Source: Heteronotia binoei | Lineage: Eukaryota | Direction of reading: 5' to 3' | DNA: 64,000 nt | NCBI RefSeq assembly: GCF_032191835.1 | Contig: NW_026800229.1 | Location: 248,001 to 312,000, forward strand | Part shown: one piece after another, positions 21,689-33,980 of the stretch | Layout of the letters: every line of letters begins with the position of its first letter | Numbering within the stretch: the stretch's first letter is position 1 | Position numbers and translations under genes: made by a program | Notes under the pieces: model-generated | Told to the model about the DNA's origin: nothing | Databases searched by the model: none | Seen by the model: the letters and a program-made list of their open reading frames with translations, nothing else

Positions 21689-24600
21689 TCACTTGCTGCT
21701 CTTGAGGGTGCCGCACAGGCTGGCCAGCTGCACCTGGGAAGAGAAGACAGGCCTCCGTCAGCCCTGCCATGGGGGTGGGGTGGGGGCACTGTGCATCTGA
21801 CCCCCTCTTCCACGGCAGGTGGGGGCCCACTCTCCCAGCTGAGAGGGGGAAAGCAAGAGTGTGCTCATGCCTGCGCTGGAAACACAAGAGGCCCCAAAGC
21901 AGCACCAAGGGGAGGGCACTCTGCTGAGGGGCAGCCACGCCTGTCTGTCGCAGAAAAAGCCAGTCCCCGCCCCCCATCTTCTTCCCATCCAAATGCTCAG
22001 GGAGCAAATGAGCCCTCTTCCTCCCAAGACAGCAAAGGCCAAAAAGGCAGGCCAGGCAGGGCAAGGAAACGAAGGAGACGTCCTCCCTGGCTGGACTCAG
22101 GTATAGAAAAGCAAAATTCCATAAAGAGTCATTCCAGCTGGAACCAAAGAGTTAGGCTGGACTCATTCTGCCTAGGAGAGAGAGCAAAACCAGGAGAGAA
22201 GGCGGAGGACTGCTGGTGCTCTCTTTTGGGGCCCTGTGCCTGGGACTTCCTGCCCCCCATGGACCTTCCGCTGATCTCCCTCTCCCTCTGCCCAGGAGGC
22301 CCCACATGGCTCTTGCTCCAACACCGCTGGCCACAAAACTCCAGGTCAGGGGGGGGGGGGCCCTCACCGACAGCTTCTTCACGCTCCCCAGGGTGTCCGG
22401 ATTCAAGCGCAGCAGGTCCTGTCTGGAAAGCTCACTGGCTTTTAAGCAGATGCTCTGCAGAGAAGAGGGGAGAAGCTTGGCAGAGCATCTCGAGGAGTAC
22501 TGGGGCAGTGGGCACCAAGGGGAGGGTGTAGCCCCCCTCCCCCGCCCCTCCCCAAATCCTCTGTCCTACCTCCCCTCCCTCAGCAGGGACAGTGATGAAG
22601 ACATCCTTGGTGGCTGCAAGGGGGCTGCCGTTCACAGAGATGCTGAAGACCCGCTCTTGCGCTGTGGGGGCACGCAGGCCAGGCGTTTTGAAGACACTGC
22701 AGCCAGGGGAGGGAGGGGGGGGGGGAGGAGAGAAATGCACTCCAGAATTGCATATAGACAGCTCCCCCCGCCCCGAGAGATCCAGACCACCGGAAGCAGG
22801 TGGCATCTAGCACCACTCAAGGTGATGGCCAGGTCAAGTCAAGGCTGATGGGGAAGGAGAGCTCCAGAGGTGTGCCAACAGAGCAGAAAGGAGGCCAGCC
22901 TTCCCGCCACAGACACAGCCCATGTGCAGAGTGGCTCCCCCCCCCCCCCCGAGAGCCCTCCTCCCTCCAAGCAGGGAGCAGCTGAAACAGCCACAGGCTC
23001 ACCTGGAATCAAACTTCGGGGTGAGTAGAGGGGTAGCGCCCTTGTGAGCAGCCGAGTGGGCCGTCTGGCTGACTGACGGAGTGACAAATTGGACTTTGCT
23101 GGACCTGCAAAGACAGCCAGCCCAGTTGGCAGCTTCCTCAGTCGGCCCGGGGGAGAGCTGGGTCTCCATCCTCCAAGTTCCCCCCTTGCCAGCCCCTTAC
23201 CTCCGGCTTAGACGCGTAGACCTGGCCGTGGGAGGCCTGCTCCTCTTGGAACCCGGGGCCTTTCTGGTGGAGGTCTTTGCCTGAAGGACACAAAAAGCAC
23301 ATGACTTCCAGGTTCTGACCCACAGACAGACAGCTAGGCCAGGCACCAGCCCAGTGCTCAGCAAGGGATACACAAGAACATAAAACAAGCAACGGCTCAT
23401 CCAGTCCAACACTGTGCCATCGGGAGGTCCACCAGCAGGGCCAGAACTCCAGAAGCCCTCCTATTGCCCCCACCCAAGCACCAAGAATGCAAAGCATCAC
23501 TGCCCCAGCCATAGGAAAAGCCATATTGGATCGGGCCATTGGCCTGTCCATTCCAACACTCTGTGTCACACAGGGGCCAAAACCCAAGGGCCATCAGAAG
23601 TCCACCAGCAGGCCCAGAACTCCTCCCGCTCCCCCCCCCGCCAAAGCACCAAGAAGACAGAGCATCAGTGTCCCAGACATAAGAATGTAAGAGAAACCAT
23701 GTTGGATCAGGCCAATGGCCCATTCAGTCCCACACACTGTCACACTGTGGCCATCAGGAGGTCCACCAGCAGGGCCAGAACGCCAGAAGTCCTCCCACTG
23801 TTGCCCTCAAGCGCAAAGAATACAGAGCATCACTGCCCCAAACAGAACATTCCACCATTGCCTTGTGGCTCATAGCCACTGATGGACCTCTTCTCTATGT
23901 CGATCCCCTCTTGAGGTTGTCTATGCTTGTAGCCGCCACCGCTTCCCATGGCAGTGACTTCCACGTGTTAATCACCCTTTGGGTAAAGCCCACCGCTCCT
24001 TCATTTCATCAAGTGCCCATGAATTGTCCCCAGCTAGACCAGCCTCCTTTCCTTCCTTGATCAAGCAACGAGCTCACTGGATCAAGGGAATGCTGCTGAT
24101 GTTGTTTTCTGGGATTTCAGTAAAGCTTTTGACAGGGTCCCCCTATAAGGACTGCAGACTGGACTCTAGGAAAGTGAAGTGGATGGGAACTGCTCGGAGA
24201 ACCACACTCCAAGAGCAGTTGGCAATGGCCTTGCGTCTGAAGGGAGGGAGGTGTCCAGTGGGGGGCCACAGGGCTCTGTTTTGGGCCCGATACGTTTCAA
24301 TATTTTTATCAGTGATCTGGATGAGGGTGTGGAGGGGCTGCTCATTAAACTTTCAGATGACACCAAATTGGGAGGAGCAGTGAACGAAATCTGAACACAC
24401 CTTGGAAAAGTGGGAATATGTGAACAAGATGCAGTTTAACAAGGATAAATGCCTTGAGACCAAGTCCTAGGAGGAAAGGCTGAGGAACAGATCTGAGATG
24501 CCATCCAGGCTCTCACAGAGATCCCAGCAACACCAGCCAGACCATCCTCTCATCATGCGAGCTAAGTTGTCTTGTGCCAGCAAGGCCCCTCCTCCCTCCC

Positions 24601-27600
24601 TCCCTCTAGGGTGGATAAACAGGCCAGTCCCTTCGACAAAGAACGAATGGACTTAAGTCTGACATCAGAAGCCACAACATGCAAAAAACAGGGGGAGGGG
24701 GGACATTTTAACCTCCCAGGATATCCAGTTGCTGGGAGATCAGAAAGACAGCTGAATTGCAACAAGTAATGAAGCTCAAGACAAGGCACCCACTTGGACT
24801 GAAGCGAGACCTCAGTTTCCTGTCTCATGACCAATGCTGGTTTCTCCATGCCTACTACCTCTCTGCATACCACACTTAATCCAATCACGATTTAAACGGT
24901 CATCTGCCTGCTATTGCAGTATGAAGAAGAAACGCCATGTTAGTGTCAAGGGTCTTGCCAGGAATTTCTACTGCCTTCTGTTCTGATGTTTCCTTGCCCT
25001 TTTGCTTTTGCACCACTCTTTGCAACGGAGTTCTCAAGAAGACTCTGCTGGTCTGGCGGTTGCCTAGGCGACCGAGGCCAACTTGCAGGCCAGATGCACC
25101 TGGGAGGGGATGGACCGGAGGGTTCCCCGTGCGTATTTCCCTGCATTTCCTTTGAAATACAATGGGTGTATGGAATGTATATAAGGGAGGCAAAGACTGG
25201 TCCCTTATCCTGAACTTCATCAAGGTTCAATAAGCTGCTACTACACCAACGGTCTGTTTGATGTTCTTGAGAGCCTGAGGACTTGGCAGCTATCTCAAAA
25301 ATAGTGGAACACACTGTATGATCATCACGGCTTATTATAAGTTTACAAACTCTCGCATACACATTCCCATAACATATATGGAGCATGCAAAACACCATGT
25401 CATATTCATTCCAATTCACAATAAACCAAAAGTCCACAAAGAATCGGTATATGCCGAGCCAGTTTGGTGTAGTGCTTAAGTGCACGGACTCTTAACTGGG
25501 AGAACAGGGGTTGATTGCCTTTTCAGGCAAGCCTATAGTGATATCGACTGCTGAGTTGCTAAGAACAAAGAACCGCCATCTATAATACGATCATGGAACT
25601 ATTTAAACGGGCAGAACCAGCGCCAGAACAGTTATTGCTGCCAGACACATTTAATGTGATTTGAATTATGTATTTTAACTTAACTAACTGGTTTTTATAT
25701 GTTTAATTTTTTAATTGTTAAATTTAAAGTTTTATCCATTTATGTTAATGTAAGAATTGTTGTTAGCCGCCCTGAGCCGCCTAGGCGGGGAGGGCGGGAT
25801 ATAAATAAAATTTATTATTATTATTATTCCCCACTTGCAGCTGCTGGAATGGCCTTGAGTCAGCCAGAGCTTCCACAGGAGTTGTCCTTGAAAGGGCAGT
25901 TGCTGTGAGAGCTCTCTCAGCCTCACCCACCTCACGGGGTGTCTATTGTGGGGGAAGACGGTAGAGGAGATTGTGAGACTCAGAGTATAGGGCGGGATAG
26001 AAATCACCTTCTCTGTACAACAGCAGTAGTCAACAATAATGACTCCACATGTACTAGTTTTGGATTCAATAAGTTCAATAAGTTCAAACGAGGTCCCAGT
26101 GTTACTTCTCACTTCATTTTGATACTTTGTCAATGGAAAACACTCTTGTACAGAAGAACAGCAAGAAGAAAAAGAAGAAGACCGTAGATGTACACCCCGC
26201 CCTTCTCTCTGAATCAGAGTGGCTTACCATCTTCTTTACCTTCCCCTTCTCACAACAGACACCCTGTGAGGTAGGTGGGGCTGAGAGAAACTCTTCACAG
26301 CAGCTGCCCTTTCAAGGACAACTCTATGAGAGCTATGGCTGACCCAAGGCATTTCCAGCAGGTGCAAGTGGAGGAGGGGGGAATCAAACCCGGTTCTCCC
26401 AGATAAGAGAGCTCTGGCTGACCCAAAGCCATTCCAGCAGGTGCAAGTGGAGGAGTGGGGAATCAAACCCGGTTCTCCCAGATAAGAGAGCTCTGGCTGA
26501 CCCAAAGCCATTCCAGCAGGTGCAAGTGGAGGAGGGGGGAATCAAACCCGGTTCTCCCAGATAAGAGAGCTCTGGCTGACCCAAGGCATTTCCAGCAGGT
26601 GCAAGTGGAGGAGGGGGGAATCAAACCCGGTTCTCCCAGATAAGAGAGCTCTGGCTGACCCAAGGCCATTCCAGCAGCTGCAAGTGGAGGAGGGGGGAAT
26701 CAAACCCGGTTCTCCCAGATAAGAGACCTCTGGCTGACCCAAGGCCATTCCAGCAGCTGCAAGTGGAGGAGTGGGGAATCAAACCCGGTTCTCCCAGATA
26801 AGAGAGCTATGGCTGACCCAAGGCCATTCCAGCAGCTGCAAGTGGAGGAGTAGGGAATCAAACCCGGTTCTCCCAGATAAGAGAGCTCTGGCTGACCCAA
26901 GGCCATTCCAGCAGCTGCAAGTGGAGGAGTGGGGAATCAAACCCGGTTCTCCCAGATAAGAGAGCTCTGGCTGACCCAAGGCCATTCCAGCAGCTGCAAG
27001 TGGAGGAGTGGGGAATCAAATCCGGTTCTCCCAGAAAAGAGAGCTCTGGCTGACCCAAGGCATTTCCAGCAGGTGCAAGTGGAGGAGGGGGGAATCAAAC
27101 CTGGTTCTCCCAGATAAGACTCCGCACACTTAACCACTAAACCAAACGTATTCAACTTCCAAAATCACACCTGGGCATCTGCAGAGAAGCTTACCTTCCC
27201 TAGTTTCTGGACGCTGGCCTCCGGAGCTCCAGCAGCATCATTCCCCGGTCTGGATCGCTTTCCCTTGGGCAGAATGGGCTGCCCGGCCTCTTCTTCAATG
27301 GTTTCAATAGCCTGTTTGACCTTTTTACCTGTGAAGGTAACAGACCCTCAGGAGACCCTTCACTCCCACAGCCATCGTGGGAGTCCTTTCCCCAGAGAGG
27401 TCAGAGTGACAACCGCGGCCCTCCCCCGCTTCCACATTCTCCTCATCACACCCCTGGCAAGCAGGGGTCAGCTGTCCCGGATTACCCAGAGCCCATTCTT
27501 GCCCCTCTCTATTCCTCTGCACACCCACCTTTCCGGACGGTTTTCACGGGTGTCTGAATGGCTTCTGTTGCCCGTTTGGTAATCTCCAGGATGTCCAAAT

Positions 27601-30600
27601 CCACCTGCAGGCACAAGGGCAGCACTCAGTAAGGCTGGCTCCTTGGGCTGGCCAACACCACAGGCGGGACAGAGGCTACTTACCATGGCGGCCTTCTCCA
27701 GGGCCTTTTCACCTCCTCCCAGAACTGGAGAGGGGAAAAAAAAGGGACCTTTACTGGAGCAGAACTACAACCCTCCAAGGAACAAGGGGAAGCAGCATCT
27801 CAGGGAAAGTGAGAAGAGGCTGGGCGAAACCATCTTCAGGAGTCAAGGTCTCCCCTCTTCTGGACTAATTGGACACATGATGAAGTCCCAGCAAGCTCAC
27901 CCCAGTCAACAGAAGCAAATTTAGAAGCCACCTCCTGCTGCTGGAGCAAACAGCTTGGAAAAGACACATCCAGCCCCATGACTCCATGACAACTGGCACT
28001 GAGTCAAATGCAAACAGCACTCCCCCCCTCCCTGCCATGGATCACTTGCAGGTGCTGGAGTGCCAATTGGACCCCTCTGCCTCCATCCTCCGCACGTACC
28101 ATAGGTGACCCAGTTCATCTCATGCAGAGCTGCAGGCAAGCGGAGAAGTTCCAGGTTGTAAATGTTGTCGATCTCCTTCAAAAGGCTCTCACACTCTGAT
28201 AGCATGTTCTTTTTGCGGGCCTCGACTGCAGAAAAAAAAAAGATGAAGAAAGGCTGGACTAGGAATGGGGCACAAGCACTAGAATTGCTGAGAACTGTTG
28301 GAACAGAACAGAAGCCCTGCTGGATCAGTGACCCATCCAATCCAACACTAAAAAAACCCAGGCGCCATCAGAACATCCGTCAGTGGAGCCAGGACACTAG
28401 AAGCCATCCCACTGCTCCACCCCCCAAGCACCAAGAAGACAGAGCATCCCTGCCCCAGACAGAGGAACATAAGAGAAGTCATGCTGGATCAGGCCCATGG
28501 CCCCTCCAGTCCAACACTCTGTGTCACATCAGAACATAACAGAAGCCCTGTTGGATCAGGCCCATGGCCCCTCCAGTCCAACACTCTGTGTCACAGAAGA
28601 GAAGCCATATTGGATCAGGCCAATGGCCCATCCAGTCCAACACTCTGTGTTGCATAAGAACATAAGAGAAACCCTGCTGGATCAGGCCAATGGCCCCTCC
28701 AGTCCAACACTCTGTGTCACAGAAGAACATAAGAGGAGCCCTGTTGGATCAGGCCAGTGGCCCCTCCAGTCCAACACTCTGTGTCACAGAAGAGAAGCCA
28801 TATTGGATCAGGCCAATAGCCCATCCAGTCCAAAACTCTGTATCACATACGAACATAAGAGAAGCCATATTGGATCAGGCCAATGGCCCATCCAGTCCAA
28901 CACTCTGTGTTGCATAAGAACATAAGAGTGTTGCATAAGAACATAAGAGTGTTGGATCAGGCCAGTGGCCCCTCCAGTCCAACACTCTGTGTCACATAAG
29001 AACATAAGAGAAGCCATGCTGGATCAGGCCAGTGGCCCCTCCAGTCCAACACTCTGTGTCACAGAAGAGAAGCCATATTGGATCAGGCCAATGGCCCATT
29101 CAGTCCAACACTCTGTGTCACATAAGAACATAAGAGAAGCCATATCGGATCAGGCCAATGGCCCCTCCAGTCCAACACTCTGTGTCACATAAGAACAGAA
29201 GAGAAGCCCTGTTGGATCAAGCCAGTGGCCCCTCCAGTCCAACACTCTGTGTCACGTAAGAGAAGCCCTGTTGGATCAGGCCAATGGCCCATCCAGTCCA
29301 ACACTCTGTGTTGCATAAGAACATAAGAGAAACCCTGCTGGATCAGGCCAATGGCCCCTCCAGTCCAACACTCTGTGTCACAGAAGAACATAAGAGGAGC
29401 CCTGTTGGATCAGGCCAGTGGCCCCTCCAGTCCAACACTCTGTGTCACAGAAGAGAAGCCATATTGGATCAGGCCAATGGCCCATCCAGTCCAACACTCT
29501 GTATCACATACGAACATAAGGGAAGCCATATTGGATCAGGCCAATGGCCCATCCAGTCCAACACTCTGTGTTGCATAAGAACATAAGAGAAGCCCTGTTG
29601 GATCAGGCCAGTGGCCCCTCCAGTCCAACACTCTGTGTCACATAAGAACATAAGAGAAGCCATGCTGGATCAAGCCAGTGGCCCCTCCAGTCCAACACTC
29701 TGTGTCACAGAAGAGAAGCCATATTGGATCAGGCCAATGGCCCATCCAGTCCAACACTCTGTGTCACATAAGAACAGAAGAGAAGCCCTGTTGGATCAAG
29801 CCAGTGGCCCCTCCAGTCCAACACTCTGTGTCACGTAAGAGAAGCCCTGTTGGATCAGGCCAGTGGCCCCTCCAGTCCAACACTCTGTGTCACATAAGAA
29901 CATAAAAGAAGCCCTGTTGGATCAGGCCAGTGGCCCCTCCAGTCCAACACTCTGTGTCACATAAGAACATAAGAGAAGCCATGTTGGATCAGGCCAATGG
30001 CCCCTCCAGTCCAACACTCTGTGTCACATAAGAACAGAAGAGAAGCCCTGTTGGATCAGGCCAGTGGCCCCTCCAGTCCAACACTCTGTGTCACATAAGA
30101 ACAGAAGAGAAGCCCTGTTGGATCAGGCCAGTGGCCCCTCCAGTCCAACACTCTGTGTCACATAAGAACATAAGAGAAACCCTGTTGGATCAGGCCAGTG
30201 GCCCATCCAGCCCAACACTCTGTGTCACATAAGAACATAAGAGAAGCCCTGTTGGATCAGGCCAGTGGCCCCTCCAGTCCAACACTCTGTGTCACATAAG
30301 AACATAAGAGAAGCCCTGTTGGATCAGGCCAGTGGCCCCTCCAGTCCAACAGTCTGTGTCACATGAGAACATAAGAGAAGCCCTGTTGGATCAGGCCAGT
30401 GGCCCCTCCAGTCCAACAGTCTGTGTCACATAAGAACATAAGAGAAGCCCTGTTGGATCAGGCCAGTGGCCCCTCCAGTCCAACACTCTGTGTCACATAA
30501 GAACATAAGAGAAGCCCTGTTGGATCAGGCCCATGGCCCCTCCAGTCCAACACTCTGTGTCACATGAGAACATAAGAGAAGCCCTGTTGGATCAGGCCAG

Positions 30601-32964
30601 TGGCCCCTCCAGTCCAACACTCTGTGTCACATAAGAACATAAGAGAAGCCCTGTTGGATCAGGCCCATGGCCCCTCCAGTCCAACACTCTGTGTCACATG
30701 AGAACATAAGAGAAGCCCTGTTGGATCAGGCCAGTGGCCCCTCCAGTCCAACATTCTGTGTCACATAAGAGAAGCCCTGTTGGATCAGGCCAATGGCCCC
30801 TCCAGTCCAACACTCTGTGTCACATAAGAACATAAGAGAAGCCCTGTTGGATCAGGCCAGTGGCCCCTCCAGTCCAACACTCTGTGTCACATAAGAACAT
30901 AAGAGAAGCCATACTGGATCAGGCCAATGGCCCATCCAGTCCAACACTCTGTGTCGCATAAGAACATAAGATAAGCCCTGTTGGATCAGGTCCATGGCCC
31001 ATCCAGTCCAACACTCTGTGTCACACAGTGGCCAAAACCCAGGTGCCATCAGGACATCCATCAATGGGCCCAGGACACTAGAAGCCCTCCCACTGTGCCC
31101 CCCGCAGCACCAAGTACCCAGAGCATCCCTGCCCCAAACATAAGAACACAAGAGAAGCCCTGTTGGATCAGGCCAATGTCCCATCCAGTCCAACACTCTG
31201 TGTCACACAGTAGACAAAAAATCTATATGCCATCAGGAGGTCCATCAGTGAGGCCAGGACTCTAGAAGCCCTTCCACTGTCCCCCCCCCCCCACAAGCAC
31301 CAAGAATACAGAGCATCACTGCCCCAGACATAAGAGAAGCCATGTTGGATCAGGCCAAGGGCCCATCCAGTCCAACACTGTCACACAGTGGCCAAAACCC
31401 TGGTACCATCAGGAGGTCCATCAGTGGGGCCAGGACACTAAAAGCCCTCCCACTGTTCCCTCCCTCCCAAGCACCAAGAATAGAGAGCATCACTGCCCCA
31501 GACAGAATTCCAACAATACACTGTGGCTAATAGCCCCTGATGGACCTCTGCTCCAGATGTTTGTAGCCTACTACAGGGGGTTTTTTTTGGGGGGGGGGCT
31601 TGGGGCCAGTATCATCATTACTAGAAAAGAGTCAAGAGTCCAGGAATACCTTCTAGGCTCAGAAATTTGTGGCAGGAGAGGAGCTGTCGGGAGTCACTGC
31701 TGCTCCCTTCCTGTCTCAAGCTTTGTTATGGTGCTGCTACTGGCCTCTAGCAGCCCAAGCCCCTAATGTTGAGCTGGAAACTCTTTTGATTTAATTTCAA
31801 CCCAATGGTTCTGGTCCGACCTTCTGGGACCACAGAAAACAATTCCACACCATCCTCTAGATGACAACCCTTCAAGTACTTGAAGATGGTGATCCTATCA
31901 CCTCTCAGCCGCTTCCTCTCCAGGCTAAACATGCCCAGCTCCTTCCACCTTTCCTCATAGGACTTGGTCTCCAGACCAAAACAATTCCACACCATCCTCT
32001 ATAGGACAGCCCTTCAAGTACTTGAAGATGGTGATCCTATCACCTCTCAGCCGCCTCCTCTCCAGGCTAAATATGCCCAGCTCCTTCAACCTTTCCTCAT
32101 AGGACTTGGTCTCCAGAGCCCTCACCATCTTTGTTCCCCTCCTCTAGCTCCGTCAACCTCTTCTCATAGGACTTGGTCTCCAGACTCCTCACCATCTTTG
32201 TTGCCCTCCTCTGGATCCGTTCTAGGTTGTCTATGTCCTTCTGAAAATGTGGTGCCCAAAACTGAACACAAGACTCCAGATGAGGTCTAAGCAGAGCAGA
32301 GTAAAGCGATACCATCATTTTGCATGATATGGATGTTTTACTTTTCTTGATACAGCTCAAAATTGCATTTGCCTTTTTAGCCGCCGCATCACACTGTTGA
32401 CTCATGTTCAGTGTATGGTCCACTAAGACCCCGAGATCCTTTTCACACAGACTACTGCTAAGACAAGTCTCCCCCATCCAGTAACCATACATTGGATTTT
32501 TCCTTCCGAAATGCAGAAGTTTACATTGATCCCTGTTAAAATTCATTGCATTGGTTTCAGCCCAGTTTTCCAGCCTATCAAGGTCATCCTGTATTGCAGG
32601 GGCGGCCAATGGTAGCTCGCCAGGTGTTCTTTGCCTACAATTCCCATCAGCCCCAGCCAGCATGGCCGACGGCTGGGGCTGATGGGAGTTGTAGGCAAAA
32701 GCATCTGGAGCGCTACCCTTGGCCGCCCCTGCTGTATCCTGCCTCTGCCTTCTGCTGTGTTTGCACCCCTCCCCATTTTGCATGATCTGCAAATGCAACA
32801 AGCACCCCCTCCGTTCCTTCCTGCAAATCCTCCGAGCCCCCTAAATACACCCCCCCGCGGCCCACCTTCCGGGCGAAGTCCTTGAGGATGGCCTCGGCCT
32901 TCTTGCTGCGCAGCGAGGCCCTCCTGGAGCCCCCCCGGGTGCCCCTCTTCCGCGACGGCGCCAT
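21689..32964 (-). CDS. CDCA8: Borealin (chromosomal passenger complex subunit), 10 coding exons
   Basis: Exons, all GT-AG: 32964-32866 MAPSRKRG...[12 protein letters not shown]; 28225-28100 (V)[41 protein letters not shown]; 27724-27684 [13 protein letters not shown]; 27604-27529 [25 protein letters not shown]; 27328-27195 [13 protein letters not shown]...KLGK; 23280-23201 [10 protein letters not shown]...RLSR; 23104-23003 SSKVQFVTP...TPKFDS; 22696-22570 [42 protein letters not shown]; 22454-22368 SICLKASEL...KKLS; 21733-21689 [14 protein letters not shown]. Collinear with human Borealin (LKDFDREV, YNIEILRLPKALREMNW, QTPLK, FKTPGLR, NGSPLA). All phases join except exon 1/2 (total 917 nt, 1 nt short). 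Confidence 0.93.
23340..23990 (-). mobile_element. CR1 3' UTR fragments with ~160-bp tandem units (CDCA8 intron 5)
   Basis: Repeated GGTCCACCAGCAGGGCCAGAAC...AGCACCAAGAA...CATCACTGCCCC blocks joined to the 67-bp terminus; ORF2-end remnant at 23870-23990. Confidence 0.8.
24150..24460 (+). mobile_element. CR1 ORF2 reverse-transcriptase fragment
   Basis: [41 protein letters not shown] is the CR1 RT motif (FADD degenerate). Confidence 0.85.
26165..27150 (-). repeat. Squam3-type SINE with internal 79-bp tandem array (10 units), in CDCA8 intron 5
   Basis: GGTTCTCCCAGA recurs every 79 bp from ~26392 to ~27103; SINE head at ~27150, tail at ~26170. Confidence 0.9.
28480..31030 (-). repeat. 67-bp CR1-3'-end array in CDCA8 intron 1, with 55-bp deleted variants and a 661-bp higher-order repeat
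   Basis: Same unit; variant block GTTGCATAAGAACATAAGAGAAACCCTGCTGG recurs at ~28650 and ~29311. Confidence 0.95.
31765..32596 (-). mobile_element. CR1 (second family) ORF2 3' portion, with local duplications
   Basis: [31 protein letters not shown]...[32 protein letters not shown]...[14 protein letters not shown]. Confidence 0.9.
32597..32731. mobile_element. hAT-type MITE (135 bp)
   Basis: TIRs CAGGGGCGGCCAA...TTGGCCGCCCCTG; internally palindromic; flanks CTGTATTG / CTGTATCC (degenerate 8-bp TSD). Confidence 0.75.
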
Positions 32965-33320
32965 CCGGGTCCTGCGGGGGGAGAGAGAGGGGAGCTGAGC
33001 ATGCGCGGGGGAAATGCCCCCCCCCGCCCCGCGCGGCCTCCTCCCCCCCCCCCTCACCCGCCGCCTCAACCGTCCCAACCGCCGCAACCGCCGCCGCCGC
33101 CAAATTGAAACTGAGGCGCTTCCCCGGCAGGCAGCCAATCAGCGGCGCCGCTTCGGCCGCCAGCCAATCAGCGAGGCCGGGCACGGAGGCGGCGGAGGGA
33201 GAGCGGCCGCGGCAGCGCCGGGAGGAGAGCGCCGCCCTGCCGGTTGGAGGAGCGACGCTGCAGGAGCTGGAGGGTGCCCGCCGTCTCTGCCTGCTGTGCT
33301 GCCCGGCGGACTGCGAGGGA
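32850..33320 (-). promoter_or_regulatory. CpG-island promoter and 5' non-coding exon of CDCA8
   Basis: Dense CpG; CCAAT boxes at 33135 and 33164; TTTGGCGG (E2F-like) and CHR-like ATTGAA near 33096-33110; donor at 33057 and acceptor at 32972 define an 86-bp 5' UTR intron. Confidence 0.75.
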
Positions 33321-33529
33321 GGGAGGGAGGGAGGCTGCGACTGCTGCTGCTGCTCACGGAAGACTTATATTCTGCCCAGGCCCGACGGGATGTCACGCTC
33401 GCGGCAGGAGGAGGGAGGAAAGAGGCCAGCTGCAGGGTGCCCATGGGATGGGTGCTGCCTGGGCATAGGACAGAACAGAAGCCCTGCTGCAGCTCCTGAG
33501 CTTGGAGGAAGGGCGACTGCAGGGAGGCA

Positions 33530-33980
33530 CGAGAGAGGTTGACAAGATGATGCATGGGATGGAGAAGGCAGAGAAAGAAGGACTTTTCTCCCTTTCTCAC
33601 AATACGAGAACTCGTGGCCACTCCATGAAATTGCTGAGCAGACAGGTTAGAACGGATGAAAGGAAGTCCTTCTTCACCCAAAGGGTGATTAACATGTGGA
33701 ATTCACTGCCACAGGAGGTGGTGGCGGCTACAAGCATAGACAGCTTTAAGAAAGGATTGGATAAGCATCGAGCAGAGGTCCATCAGTGGCTATTAGCCAC
33801 AGTGTGTATGTGTTAAATCTTCATTCGCGAAGTCAAGCCGAGAGAGAGAGTATGTGTGTGTGTGTGTATACACACACACACATATATATACACACACACA
33901 TATACTGGCCACTGTGTGACACAGAGTGTTGGACTGGATGGGCCATTCGCCTAATCCAACATAGCTTCTCTTATGTTCTT
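33530..33980 (+). mobile_element. CR1 3' end with a single terminal unit
   Basis: KMMHGMEKAEKEGLFSLSHNTRTRGHSMKLL...WNSLPQEVV, then 3' UTR ending TTCTCTTATGTTCTTATG. Confidence 0.85.

Noticed and set aside
21386-22531. 381-aa plus-strand ORF
   Set aside because: Antisense to CDCA8 last exons and 3' UTR; low-complexity GC-rich open frame with a non-ATG start.
24900-25485. ORFs of 107-179 aa in CDCA8 intron 5, one containing RTPLQ
   Set aside because: The true QTP exon is at 27529-27604; no recognisable domain or consistent splice phases.
26390-27150. tRNA genes suggested by A/B-box motifs
   Set aside because: They are tRNA-derived SINE heads without a complete cloverleaf or acceptor stem.
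33170-33500. Possible divergent gene (C1orf109/AIRIM, the human head-to-head neighbour of CDCA8)
   Set aside because: GC-rich ORFs here show no convincing similarity to AIRIM as I recall it and no downstream exons were found; absence is not proven without tBLASTn.
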